This document shows positions 9,028-17,756 of a DNA stretch of 28,496 bases, piece by piece. The DNA lies in IMG/VR virus record IMGVR_UViG_3300043447_000435, positions 1 to 28,496 of that record. The stretch is one strand, 5' to 3'. Within the stretch, counting starts at the first letter, position 1; every line of letters starts with the position of its first letter. This DNA comes from a virus (taxonomy: Duplodnaviria > Caudoviricetes). Made by a program: the position numbers and the translations under genes. Under the pieces are notes generated by a model. It was not told where the DNA came from. It ran no database searches and was given only the letters and a program-made list of their open reading frames with translations.

Positions 9028-10383
9028 TTATTTTATTTTGCTCATCAAATCCTTCATTCTAGCAAATTGTGGGTTCATGTAAGCTTTTGACTCGGCTAAA
9101 ACCTCTGTAGAACTTGAAGTTGATGGTGCGTTTGAGATTTTTTCTACAACTGATTCAGTTACGTTAGTTTTAGTACCTAATTCAGTTTTTATTTGTGAGA
9201 ATAAATTTTTAGACTCTGTTAAAGTAGAAATACTATCAAATCTCTTAAGAATAGTTAATTTCTCTTGTTTTGTTGTTGAATGTTCAGTGAATAAACGTGT
9301 AGCGTATGCTAAGTTTGCATTAAACACGGCAACTTCATTAAGCTTGTCTTTGAAAAGAACAAGTGCCTTCTTGTACTCAGCGTTTTGCTTTTTCAAGTTT
9401 TCAACTTCTTCATTCAATCCCTCAGGACGACCTGCTTTATATTTTTTACCTTGTTTTGCCGCACCTCTAGCATCTGCTGCGAAAGTTAAATGAGATGCCT
9501 CATCAACTTCTTCTTCCTCTTTAGGTTCAACTTTCTTTGCGTTAGATAAACCTTTAAGAGCTGACTCTTTAGGTTCAACCTTTTTAGGATTCTTTAAACC
9601 TGCTAAAGCTTCTTCTTTAGGTTCTACTTTCTTTGGTTTTGATAAACCTTTAAGTGCAGATTCCTTAGGTTCTACTTTCTTTGGTTTTGATAAACCTTTA
9701 AGTGCAGTTTCGTTTAATTCATCTTCATCTTCGTCTTCCTCATCTAATTCGATTTCATATAATGCCTCTTCTTCATCAACCGCAGGAGCTTCCTCATTTG
9801 TCCACTCTTCGTCTAATTCTGAATCGTCATCATCGCCATCAAGTTTGATAATGAATTCGTCGTCACCAGTTTCAAGGCTTACATTGTTTCCGTCTTTTTT
9901 AACTACGATACCATCTTCTGGTTTCATAGCCTTGAATACTTTAAGAACTTCTTCATCAGATGCTCCTGTCATATCCATAACGTCATCGTCTTCGTTATCT
10001 GCGTCGAAGTCAGACATACCACCCGCATTATCTGCGTCAGGTTCGTCATGAGACATTTCGTCGTCAGAATCTAAAGAATCGATTCCTTTCGCTGGGTCTT
10101 CGTTATCGAGGTCTGTGTCATTTTCAGCATCGTCCGCATCTTCTGCGTCCTCATCTGACATATCGTCTTCCTCTTCGTCAGGTGTTGGTTGCTCATCCAA
10201 AGAATCTTCTTTCATCTCTTCGTCATCTGCAACTTTTTCCTCTTCTTCCAATGATTCTTTAAGCAAGTCGCTTAGTTCTTCCTTCATAGTTGAAGCAAGT
10301 ATACCTTTTGCATTTTGCTTAACTGCTTCTTCAAGAGTTTGTACTTGAAGTAACGCTTGTTCTAAAATTGATTTTTCGCTCAT
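9028..10383 (-). CDS. Prohead core / scaffold protein
   Basis: Lies between protease and MCP; highly acidic with a coiled-coil C-terminus (LNEVAVFNANLAY...RMKDL) and many L/V-x-E sites. Confidence 0.8.
   Translation of the reverse strand: MSEKSILEQALLQVQTLEEAVKQNAKGILASTMKEELSDLLKESLEEEEKVADDEEMKEDSLDEQPTPDEEEDDMSDEDAEDADDAENDTDLDNEDPAKGIDSLDSDDEMSHDEPDADNAGGMSDFDADNEDDDVMDMTGASDEEVLKVFKAMKPEDGIVVKKDGNNVSLETGDDEFIIKLDGDDDDSELDEEWTNEEAPAVDEEEALYEIELDEEDEDEDELNETALKGLSKPKKVEPKESALKGLSKPKKVEPKEEALAGLKNPKKVEPKESALKGLSNAKKVEPKEEEEVDEASHLTFAADARGAAKQGKKYKAGRPEGLNEEVENLKKQNAEYKKALVLFKDKLNEVAVFNANLAYATRLFTEHSTTKQEKLTILKRFDSISTLTESKNLFSQIKTELGTKTNVTESVVEKISNAPSTSSSTEVLAESKAYMNPQFARMKDLMSKIK
9517..9708 (-). 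repeat. Four tandem 48-bp repeats encoding (T/S/E)AL(K/A)GL(S/K)(K/N)(P/A)KKVEPKE
   Basis: Directly visible in both DNA and protein. Confidence 0.95.
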
Positions 10384-10408
10384 TGTGAAAATTGTTGTTT
10401 TATTACCT

Positions 10409-10416
10409 TATAAATA
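10409..10416 (-). promoter_or_regulatory. TATTTATA upstream motif (scaffold-MCP unit)
   Basis: + strand TATAAATA, 25 nt upstream of the scaffold ATG on the - strand. Confidence 0.55.
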
Positions 10417-10470
10417 GTAGGAAATATCGAAAAATCCTTTTTTTCAATATTACTAACCCTATAAAATTTG

Positions 10471-11154
10471 TTATTTGGATAAAAATCTATCTAATCCACC
10501 CATTAATTTTTTCATTCTATCATCCAACATTGGTTTTTCTTGAACCATTTCTTGGAATTGGTCTCTTTCAGATGGATCAGAGAAAACATATGCACCCGGA
10601 GTTGATGGAGACGATACTAAATCAAAACAAACTAATTCAAAATCTTCTTGAACTATATTTTGACCTTTAACGTTTTTAAGTGAACCTACACCACGAGAGG
10701 ATATACCTAAAGTTGCTCCGTTCATAATCAACATTGCAGCTTGGTCACCCTTTGTAGATACGATTCCCATCTTTCTCCAACCTGGTGATGTGAATAATTT
10801 GATTTTACCCATTAGCATTTTACCATCCCACCAAGTTTCAAGAATAGAATGTGAAACTCTGTCTAAGTCAATAAGGGATGATGATGGGTGATTTAATTCG
10901 TTTAATGCACCACCTTTTTTAATAAGTTGTTGATATTTTTGATCTTCCCTTTTTAGAATTGCTTCAGGATAGATTCTACCATTCTTATTTGGGGTGTCAT
11001 ATTTTTGCAAAACAGCATAAAGAATCAAGTCTTCTGAGAAGTCAAGATTCTTCATTTCTGATATAACTTTTTTGTTGTCGTCAGGGGAAACATGACCAGC
11101 GTCATATTCGATTAAAATTCCTCTCCCTGTTTCGTTTGGACCTAATATCTTCAT
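10471..11154 (-). CDS. gp21: Prohead core protein protease (T4 gp21-like)
   Basis: NKNGRIYP, ALNELNHP, RVSH, GISSRGVGS, FDLVSSPSTPGAY. Confidence 0.93.
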   Translation of the reverse strand: MKILGPNETGRGILIEYDAGHVSPDDNKKVISEMKNLDFSEDLILYAVLQKYDTPNKNGRIYPEAILKREDQKYQQLIKKGGALNELNHPSSSLIDLDRVSHSILETWWDGKMLMGKIKLFTSPGWRKMGIVSTKGDQAAMLIMNGATLGISSRGVGSLKNVKGQNIVQEDFELVCFDLVSSPSTPGAYVFSDPSERDQFQEMVQEKPMLDDRMKKLMGGLDRFLSK

Positions 11155-11171
11155 TTACGGATTTATTCTCC

Positions 11172-11179
11172 TATAAATA
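11172..11179 (-). promoter_or_regulatory. TATTTATA upstream motif (protease)
   Basis: + strand TATAAATA, 17 nt upstream of ATG 11154. Confidence 0.55.
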
Positions 11180-11193
11180 CATCGATAACTTAG

Positions 11194-11619
11194 TTATTTT
11201 TTAGATTTGTTGAAATTAAAGAGTTTTTTATCACTTAATCCCTCATCCACAACATTTTCCAATATGTTTTTAATCGAATTCTTAATATCTTTAGTTTTGA
11301 TATCGAATTGTTTATTAACATACAATGTTATTTCTAAATTCATAAATGACCTCTTTTCTAATTGTATTCCTTTTGTTCTAATATCTAAATCAACAATAGA
11401 TTGTTCTTTAAATAACGGATTTTTAAGTTGGCCTACAATTTGTTTTAATTTTCTTCTCGATTTGTGAATTGTAAAATCAAAATCGTCAGTTTCATTATCA
11501 GGTTGAACCCAAGAATTTAATTTTAAGTAAATGGTTTTTAGATTTTTAAAATCAACGGTTCCATATCCGATTTTTACGTTTTTGTACGTTCCCAAAGGAA
11601 TGTACTTACCAATTTTCAT
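11194..11619 (-). CDS. Hypothetical protein
   Basis: 141-aa ORF, likely ATG at 11619; fills the gap between protease and bS21. Confidence 0.7.
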   Translation of the reverse strand: MKIGKYIPLGTYKNVKIGYGTVDFKNLKTIYLKLNSWVQPDNETDDFDFTIHKSRRKLKQIVGQLKNPLFKEQSIVDLDIRTKGIQLEKRSFMNLEITLYVNKQFDIKTKDIKNSIKNILENVVDEGLSDKKLFNFNKSKK

Positions 11620-11726
11620 CAATTTTTCATGTTATATATTTTTATTATGGTGTTATTTAAAATATAACAAAAAAATACTTAAAAAACAAAAATATTTTTC
11701 ATATATTTGTAATATACTTATATAAT

Positions 11727-11918
11727 ATGATTATAATCGATTTAACAAAGGAAAAAAGCATAGAAAGTGCTCTGAGAACTTACAAACAAAAAGTTCAAAA
11801 GACTAAACAAATCCAAAAATTGAGGGAAAGACAAGAGTTTACAAAACCTTCAGTGATTAAGAGAGAAGAGAAGTTAAAAGCAATCTATGTACAACAAATA
11901 AAAAATGGTCTTAATTAA
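11727..11918 (+). CDS. rpsU: Phage-encoded 30S ribosomal protein bS21 (Bacteroidota-type)
   Basis: 63 aa basic protein: SIESALRTYKQK...LRERQEFTKPSV.KR..K.KAIY, matching the bS21 pattern. Confidence 0.9.
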   Translation: MIIIDLTKEKSIESALRTYKQKVQKTKQIQKLRERQEFTKPSVIKREEKLKAIYVQQIKNGLN

Positions 11919-11930
11919 GACCATTTTTTA
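11899..11930. repeat. Perfect 32-bp palindrome, probable bidirectional terminator inside two overlapping gene ends
   Basis: TAAAAAATGGTCTTAATTAAGACCATTTTTTA is its own reverse complement. Confidence 0.85.
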
Positions 11931-12648
11931 ATTCTGTTAATCTGTAGTAGTTATACTTCGATGGTGACATTCCGTTCACCTCCTTTTTTACACTATCTAA
12001 TTTATTCTTTAATTCATTATCGTTTGATTCAATTAATAACGAATCAACCTTACTTAGAACCGATTCTTTTAATTCTGAAGTTTTAGTTAATAATTCTTCA
12101 TACGGTATTGATAAGATATTTTTTAATTCTTCTTTTTGAGATTCAGATAACGTATTTGTGTAAAGAACGTTGAAATTATTTGCTAAAACTGCGTTTAATA
12201 ATGTTTCGTTTGGAACTAATGTTGAATCTTTTGATTCACTAATTTCTTTTTTAGTTGTTAAATGGTCTACTAATTTCTTTTTGGCAATTACCTTCTTCTC
12301 AATGTTACTTAATTTATCACTCTCAGATAATGTATCCAATGCGTCGTAAATGTCATTACTAATAATTTCAGTATTGTCCAATTTTTTGTTCAACGACTCA
12401 CAAAATACATTAAGATTTTCTTTACTTTGGATTAAAATAGTACTTAAACCCTCAACATATAATTTTGCAGTTTCTTTGTCTGATATGTGTTTAGTTTCAA
12501 TTTCTTCATAAAACAAATACATCTCCTTAAAGTCCTTATTTTCTTTAATTTCTTTTAAAATACTTTTAATTTCAGTCTTATTCTCATTTGAATAAGATTC
12601 TGTTAATTTGTTTAATAATTTAGTTTTTATAACTCCGAATTTCTTCAT
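11911..12648 (-). CDS. Hypothetical helical protein downstream of portal (probably head-associated)
   Basis: 245 aa, starts 2 nt after the portal stop, rich in L/I-x-ES motifs. Confidence 0.75.
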   Translation of the reverse strand: MKKFGVIKTKLLNKLTESYSNENKTEIKSILKEIKENKDFKEMYLFYEEIETKHISDKETAKLYVEGLSTILIQSKENLNVFCESLNKKLDNTEIISNDIYDALDTLSESDKLSNIEKKVIAKKKLVDHLTTKKEISESKDSTLVPNETLLNAVLANNFNVLYTNTLSESQKEELKNILSIPYEELLTKTSELKESVLSKVDSLLIESNDNELKNKLDSVKKEVNGMSPSKYNYYRLTELKNGLN

Positions 12649-12650
12649 TT

Positions 12651-14495
12651 TTAGTCGTTTAATATTTCATTTAATTTATGTTCCATTTCATAAATATTCT
12701 GTTGTGCCTTATCCATGTCAAATAAATCAGTAAATTTCATTTCTTCTTCACCTAACATACCTAATATTTTAGATTTTTTACCTCTATTGTTAATTGATTC
12801 ACTTAATGGACCTTCTCCGCCGGCTGGTGGTGCCGCTTCAGGAGCTGGTGATGAACCACCTCCCATATCCATTCCACCACCCATTCCACCACCTGGTGCT
12901 TCACCTGTTGCACCTGCGGCTTCTAATTTAGACCTCTCTTCTTCAGATATACCATACTTTCTATCTACATCATCAAATATACCTGAACGTTTGATAATAT
13001 TTTGTGTGTTTGTCAATTCAAAACCAATCGCTCTTTCAAGACGTTGTTGTTGTAAATCAAGTATAACTTCATTCTCACTAAATCCAAGAATATTTTTCTT
13101 CGCCCACGTGTGTGAAACAGGTAAAATACCTACTTGAGATTGGTCAGAAGTTGCGTCTTTATAAAGAGTCACTTTTTCTTTCCATTGTTCAATTTTTAAT
13201 AAATCGGATTGAGCAGACGGGTTGGTTAATGATAACTCAAAATTATTTAATTCATCTTCCATACCTAAAAGGTATAAATGAATTAATGCAACTTTATTAA
13301 GTTCCTGTATTAACGATTTTTGAATCTTATTAATTGTTCTTGCAAAACGAATATCCATTAACGCAAGGTTCTTACCATCACCAACAACTTCTTCAAAACC
13401 TAAGAACGCCTTAGGAATACGAAGTGCCGCCAATAATTTCTTTTGAATATATTCAATGTCCGCAATTTCACCTAAGTTCTGTGCCCCTGGTAATGTCTCA
13501 ATCGGCATTGTTTGTGACGGATCACGAACAGGTACGAAATAATCTTGGTCTACAGCCATTTGGTTGTATCTCATATCGACTTGACCATTACGTGGGTCTG
13601 ATACAGGTTGACGTTTAAATTTGTTTGCAACTTTTTGTACATATGGTTCAATATCCTTATCGTCCATGTTACCAACAAATACTTTAAATACACGTCTTTC
13701 AGGTGCTCTTGATGTTCTGTAAATTAACATAGCATCTTCAGCAAGTAAAAGTTGTTTCCAAATTCTTCTAATCTTATCTAACATAGAAGTACCATATGGT
13801 AACTTTCTATCGTCACCTAAAATTCTAAAGTGAGCAACTTCCCATGCTTGGAATTCCATATCTTTATTCTTCCATTGAAAACGTAATTCTCTGATTGGAG
13901 TTTTGATATCTTTTTGATTAGGTGTTTTACTTGATGCACCTTCAATCCTTTCAATCTCAATATTTGGTAATTGTTGTACACCAACAATTCCTTTTTCAGG
14001 ATTTATTTTTAAATAAACAAAGTTGTCACCATACTTACACACACCACGAGCCCACATTTGTAAGTTTGTGTTAATATCCATTTTATTATGGAATAAATCT
14101 TCAAGTATGCCTTTAATTCTATCTGATTCAGAATAGATGGTTAATATCTCACCCTTTTCTGACATAGTCGTTGATTCTTCCGAATAAATGTCTAATGCTG
14201 CAGAAATCTCAGGAGTAAATTCCATAGATTCATAATCATAATACGCTGCCAATCTGTTTGGTTCGTAGTATATTGATTGATTATATAGGTTTTGGTCTAA
14301 TTTTGCCCACTTATCGGCAATATATGAACTTTGTTGTGCTTGGAGTAAAGCTTTTTCAAACTCTTCCTTACTATCTGTTTTTAATAATTCGTCTTTACTA
14401 AAATTAAATGACGGTGTGGTTTCCTGTTTTACTTGTCCAGGGTAACCAAACATTCTGGTAAGTTTCTGAAAGACGGTTGGATTTTGTTCTGCCAT
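12651..14495 (-). CDS. gp20: Portal protein (T4 gp20-like)
   Basis: PEISAALDIY, EDAMLIYRTSRAPERRVF, QDYFVP, IETLPGAQNLGEIADIEY...LRIP; Gly/Pro-rich tail. Confidence 0.95.
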   Translation of the reverse strand: MAEQNPTVFQKLTRMFGYPGQVKQETTPSFNFSKDELLKTDSKEEFEKALLQAQQSSYIADKWAKLDQNLYNQSIYYEPNRLAAYYDYESMEFTPEISAALDIYSEESTTMSEKGEILTIYSESDRIKGILEDLFHNKMDINTNLQMWARGVCKYGDNFVYLKINPEKGIVGVQQLPNIEIERIEGASSKTPNQKDIKTPIRELRFQWKNKDMEFQAWEVAHFRILGDDRKLPYGTSMLDKIRRIWKQLLLAEDAMLIYRTSRAPERRVFKVFVGNMDDKDIEPYVQKVANKFKRQPVSDPRNGQVDMRYNQMAVDQDYFVPVRDPSQTMPIETLPGAQNLGEIADIEYIQKKLLAALRIPKAFLGFEEVVGDGKNLALMDIRFARTINKIQKSLIQELNKVALIHLYLLGMEDELNNFELSLTNPSAQSDLLKIEQWKEKVTLYKDATSDQSQVGILPVSHTWAKKNILGFSENEVILDLQQQRLERAIGFELTNTQNIIKRSGIFDDVDRKYGISEEERSKLEAAGATGEAPGGGMGGGMDMGGGSSPAPEAAPPAGGEGPLSESINNRGKKSKILGMLGEEEMKFTDLFDMDKAQQNIYEMEHKLNEILND

Positions 14496-14498
14496 GTA

Positions 14499-14506
14499 TA
14501 TAAATA
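14499..14506 (-). promoter_or_regulatory. TATTTATA upstream motif (portal)
   Basis: Minus strand AAAGTATTTATATACATG; the motif ends 3 nt before the ATG. Confidence 0.55.
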
Positions 14507-14549
14507 CTTTTCTTTATAATATAAACTAATTATTTAACAAATGGAAGTA

Positions 14550-16325
14550 TTATCTACGACCCCCAAATAGCCACGAATTTTCTTGATATGTCTCTTTAGT
14601 TGCGTTGTTTGGGTTATTTCCGTGGTAAATTTGATTATTATCCATACCCATAGAACCTATTTGGTCAAATGATGTACCATAAGAATAAAAGGTTTTGTTT
14701 GGTTCATATGTTCTTTCAGATAACGCCCATGATTCTATCATTGCTTTGTTTTTAGAATCGTTTTTTTGTAACTGATTGAAACACATATCACCGGCATATA
14801 GGGCCATTGACATACTCATGATAGCATCGTCGTGTGCACCCTTCATGTGGTCAGGTCTTCCGTTCATATAAACAAACGTATTAAGCTCATTTAATAATCT
14901 ACTTGACCTAACTTGGAAACCTTTTCTTAATTGTTCTTCAAATGCTGCGACAATTTGAGTTCTTTTGTTGTTAAAGTTAAGACCTGGAATTTTCTCCATA
15001 GCCTTTCTATTATACTCCCAAATGTTTTGAGTGTTTACACCTTCAACATAGAGATTTTTATAATTCAATTCTTGTAGTTTTCTTGAGGTTGCTACTCCCA
15101 TACCTCCTGTAATATCAATCACAATAAATGCATCATACAATACTCCCCATTTATATGCAATGTTCGCTAAATCATCAGGTGGTATTTTTCCTATGTATTC
15201 AACAACTTGTTCTCTCTCATCAAAATCAATAATACAAATTGCAGAAAAGTCTTCACTATCACCTCTACTTACGTCGACACCCATTATATAACGATGTCCT
15301 TGTACGGGTTCTTTCCACTGCCAAAAAGTAGCTTGCATGTACTTTTCTTTTGGGACACGTATCATATTCTTAGCAATATTCTCCTGCACATCACCAGGGA
15401 TTACACCATCACCTGAACCCAAGAAATCACATTCCAATTCCTGAGCAATCTTACGTCTATCATATTTGAATTTTTTAGACATAGACTCAAACCAAGAAGA
15501 ATATGGTTTATAACCTTGTTCTTCAAGTTCTTGATAATTGGTCATATCAAATTCTTTAAGAACAACCTCATCGTCATTATATTGTTCTCTATTTAACATG
15601 TAATGACATATATCTTGACATTTAATCCATACTAAGTCTTTTGTATAACGAGGGTCTTTAAACCACCTTAAATCGGTTATATGGAAGTCATTGATTCCAC
15701 GTAATGCTTGATCATAAACACCGTAATAAATTGGGTCATAACCATTTGGTGTGGATACTAATATAATTTTACCACCCGTAGATAGTGACGCCATAGACGC
15801 AGCCCAAAAATCCTCACCCGCTTCAATATATGCCGCCTCGTCAAATACAAGTACTGTTGGTGTATAACCACGTAAGGCATCCGCAGATGTTGCAACCGCT
15901 TTAACCTCACAACCATTGTTTAGTCTAAATCTACTTTCTGAGTTTTTATCGGGTGAAAATCCAACATTCAACCAATCAGGCCATTGGTCTAAGAAATTTC
16001 TTATTTTATTCGCCATTTCCACCGCAGTATCCTTTTTGTTTGCAATAATCAAAACTCTCTCAGGATTCTCAGGTTTGGCTAGTTGTAATTTTTTTGATAA
16101 CCAAGCTGCGGTCACTGTTGTAACCCCTGCCTGTCTATATTTTTTTGTGATATTTTCGTTGTAATCTTCGTAGTCCTGAATCAATTGTAATTGGTCAGGG
16201 AATAAGTCCATAGGAACGTATTTCTTCTGCGTGTTGTCGTATGTTTGGAGATATGTTCTTAATGCATATGGAGTATCCTTCATAATTCTAGCATACTCTT
16301 TAAGCTGTTCTATTCTACTATTCAT
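14550..16325 (-). CDS. gp17: Terminase large subunit (T4 gp17-like)
   Basis: KYRQAGVTT (Walker A variant), VLVFDEAAY (Walker B), STPNG, QELECDFLGSG, nuclease GVDVSRG..D and HDDAIM. Confidence 0.95.
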   Translation of the reverse strand: MNSRIEQLKEYARIMKDTPYALRTYLQTYDNTQKKYVPMDLFPDQLQLIQDYEDYNENITKKYRQAGVTTVTAAWLSKKLQLAKPENPERVLIIANKKDTAVEMANKIRNFLDQWPDWLNVGFSPDKNSESRFRLNNGCEVKAVATSADALRGYTPTVLVFDEAAYIEAGEDFWAASMASLSTGGKIILVSTPNGYDPIYYGVYDQALRGINDFHITDLRWFKDPRYTKDLVWIKCQDICHYMLNREQYNDDEVVLKEFDMTNYQELEEQGYKPYSSWFESMSKKFKYDRRKIAQELECDFLGSGDGVIPGDVQENIAKNMIRVPKEKYMQATFWQWKEPVQGHRYIMGVDVSRGDSEDFSAICIIDFDEREQVVEYIGKIPPDDLANIAYKWGVLYDAFIVIDITGGMGVATSRKLQELNYKNLYVEGVNTQNIWEYNRKAMEKIPGLNFNNKRTQIVAAFEEQLRKGFQVRSSRLLNELNTFVYMNGRPDHMKGAHDDAIMSMSMALYAGDMCFNQLQKNDSKNKAMIESWALSERTYEPNKTFYSYGTSFDQIGSMGMDNNQIYHGNNPNNATKETYQENSWLFGGRR

Positions 16326-16328
16326 ATA

Positions 16329-16336
16329 TATAAATA
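16329..16336 (-). promoter_or_regulatory. TATTTATA upstream motif (terminase)
   Basis: Minus strand TTTGTATTTATATATATG; the motif ends 3 nt before the ATG and directly follows a terminator. Confidence 0.55.
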
Positions 16337-16337
16337 C

Positions 16338-16364
16338 AAAAAAAGGAGGTTAAAACCTCCTTTT
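16338..16364 (-). terminator. Intrinsic terminator
   Basis: AAAAGGAGGT-TAAA-ACCTCCTTTT hairpin with A/T tracts on both sides. Confidence 0.85.
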
Positions 16365-16367
16365 GTA

Positions 16368-17735
16368 TTATCTTCTGACGGGAACTGTTTCCCCACCATC
16401 TTCATCATCGTCTTCTTCGTCATCTGACAAATCAACACCTAAGTTATTTAAAAAACTTCTAAAGTCATCCTCATCAGTGTTACTTTCAATTGTTTCTAAA
16501 TCATCATTAAATTGTGACATTGTTTCTTCGTAATCTTGATCATTCAATTTTTGATTAATTCCATCAACAATTTGTTGTATCAATCTTTTACCTGAGTCCG
16601 AACCCGAAATTACTTCTTTCATTAAAGTTAAGAATCTTCTTGCTGGTAAACGGAATATTTCAACCAATAAATAATTTTGAATCTCAACCTTATTTTCGTC
16701 AGTTAATATTTCATCAGGGAATTGATTTCTAATTCTATCCCAAATCGCAGGTCCTAAACGTAAATCCCACATTTCTTTTTCTAATGTGTCTTCATGTTGC
16801 ATTACTTGTTGGAACAAATCTTTATCTTCAGGTTCCCCTTGGTGTGAGAATAATTCCATCATTCCCTTTATCAATTCATGTACTAATATTGGGAAATTAA
16901 TTGCTCTTGCTTTAATGGTCGGTGGTTCAGTTTCTCTTTCAACTTCTTCACTACCACCGGCAGAACCTCCGCCACCCATCATCATTTGCATTGTTTGGTC
17001 ACTTAATTGCCAATATAACGTATCGTTTATTGACATTAAAATTCCATATTGATTTATAAGTTCTTGTGACCCTGTAATTTGTTGTATTTTCTGAGGAACT
17101 AATTGGTACATATAATGTCCTTTCTTAGATGAACCCTGAACCATACTATTAATCAATCTTCTTTTTGCTCTTTCTAAATCAAGAGTTTCTAAATCTTGCA
17201 TCAAATTTTGTTCAACCTCAATTTCTTCGGTATCAACTTCTTCAGGATTTTCCTGACCTTGTTCATCTCTATTAAAATCTGACATATCTACTTCGCCCAT
17301 ACCAACAATTTTAGCGTCAAATTGTACTGAACCTTCAGGTATACCCATCTCTTTCATTACCAATTCAATTGCTAATTGTTCTAATTGTCCTCTGTATTCT
17401 CTTTCAGTTTGAACAATCATATTATGAGCATTCATCATCATTTGAGATAGTTGACCTATCCCACCTGATTCTCCAACCATTGGAATTTGAACCCCCGTGT
17501 ATTGTCTAACTTTATTAATTACCTGTTTGTACCTTTCAGATGCTAATAATTCTTGGAAATTCTTATTTGGTTCCTGACCTGTTTTAGGTAACGGAACTTT
17601 CTTTATTGGTGTGTCACCAGACGCAAGTTTATTTTGTATATCTTGGTGTGGTCTATCTTGGGTATCAAAATCCATTGGCATCTCATTCAAGTTTTCTCGA
17701 ATCAAATGTAATAAATTTTTCTTAGATAATTTCAT
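16368..17735 (-). CDS. Hypothetical protein (putative head-associated)
   Basis: 455 aa with leader MKLSKKNLLHLIRENLNE and an internal ILVHELIKGMME motif. Confidence 0.75.
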   Translation of the reverse strand: MKLSKKNLLHLIRENLNEMPMDFDTQDRPHQDIQNKLASGDTPIKKVPLPKTGQEPNKNFQELLASERYKQVINKVRQYTGVQIPMVGESGGIGQLSQMMMNAHNMIVQTEREYRGQLEQLAIELVMKEMGIPEGSVQFDAKIVGMGEVDMSDFNRDEQGQENPEEVDTEEIEVEQNLMQDLETLDLERAKRRLINSMVQGSSKKGHYMYQLVPQKIQQITGSQELINQYGILMSINDTLYWQLSDQTMQMMMGGGGSAGGSEEVERETEPPTIKARAINFPILVHELIKGMMELFSHQGEPEDKDLFQQVMQHEDTLEKEMWDLRLGPAIWDRIRNQFPDEILTDENKVEIQNYLLVEIFRLPARRFLTLMKEVISGSDSGKRLIQQIVDGINQKLNDQDYEETMSQFNDDLETIESNTDEDDFRSFLNNLGVDLSDDEEDDDEDGGETVPVRR

Positions 17736-17756
17736 ATTTTTTAGAATATTTTAAAA

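Noticed and set aside
9517-9708. CRISPR-like array
   Set aside because: The repeats are contiguous, in-frame 48-mers without unique spacers, and no cas genes are present.
11619-11630. Mini upstream ORF ATG AAA AAT TGA overlapping the start of the 141-aa gene (- strand)
   Set aside because: Three codons in AT-rich DNA is easily chance; there is no supporting evidence.
14550-16325. Intein or intron in terminase, portal or capsid genes
   Set aside because: The ORFs are continuous and of ordinary length, with no intein splice motifs or homing endonuclease signatures seen.
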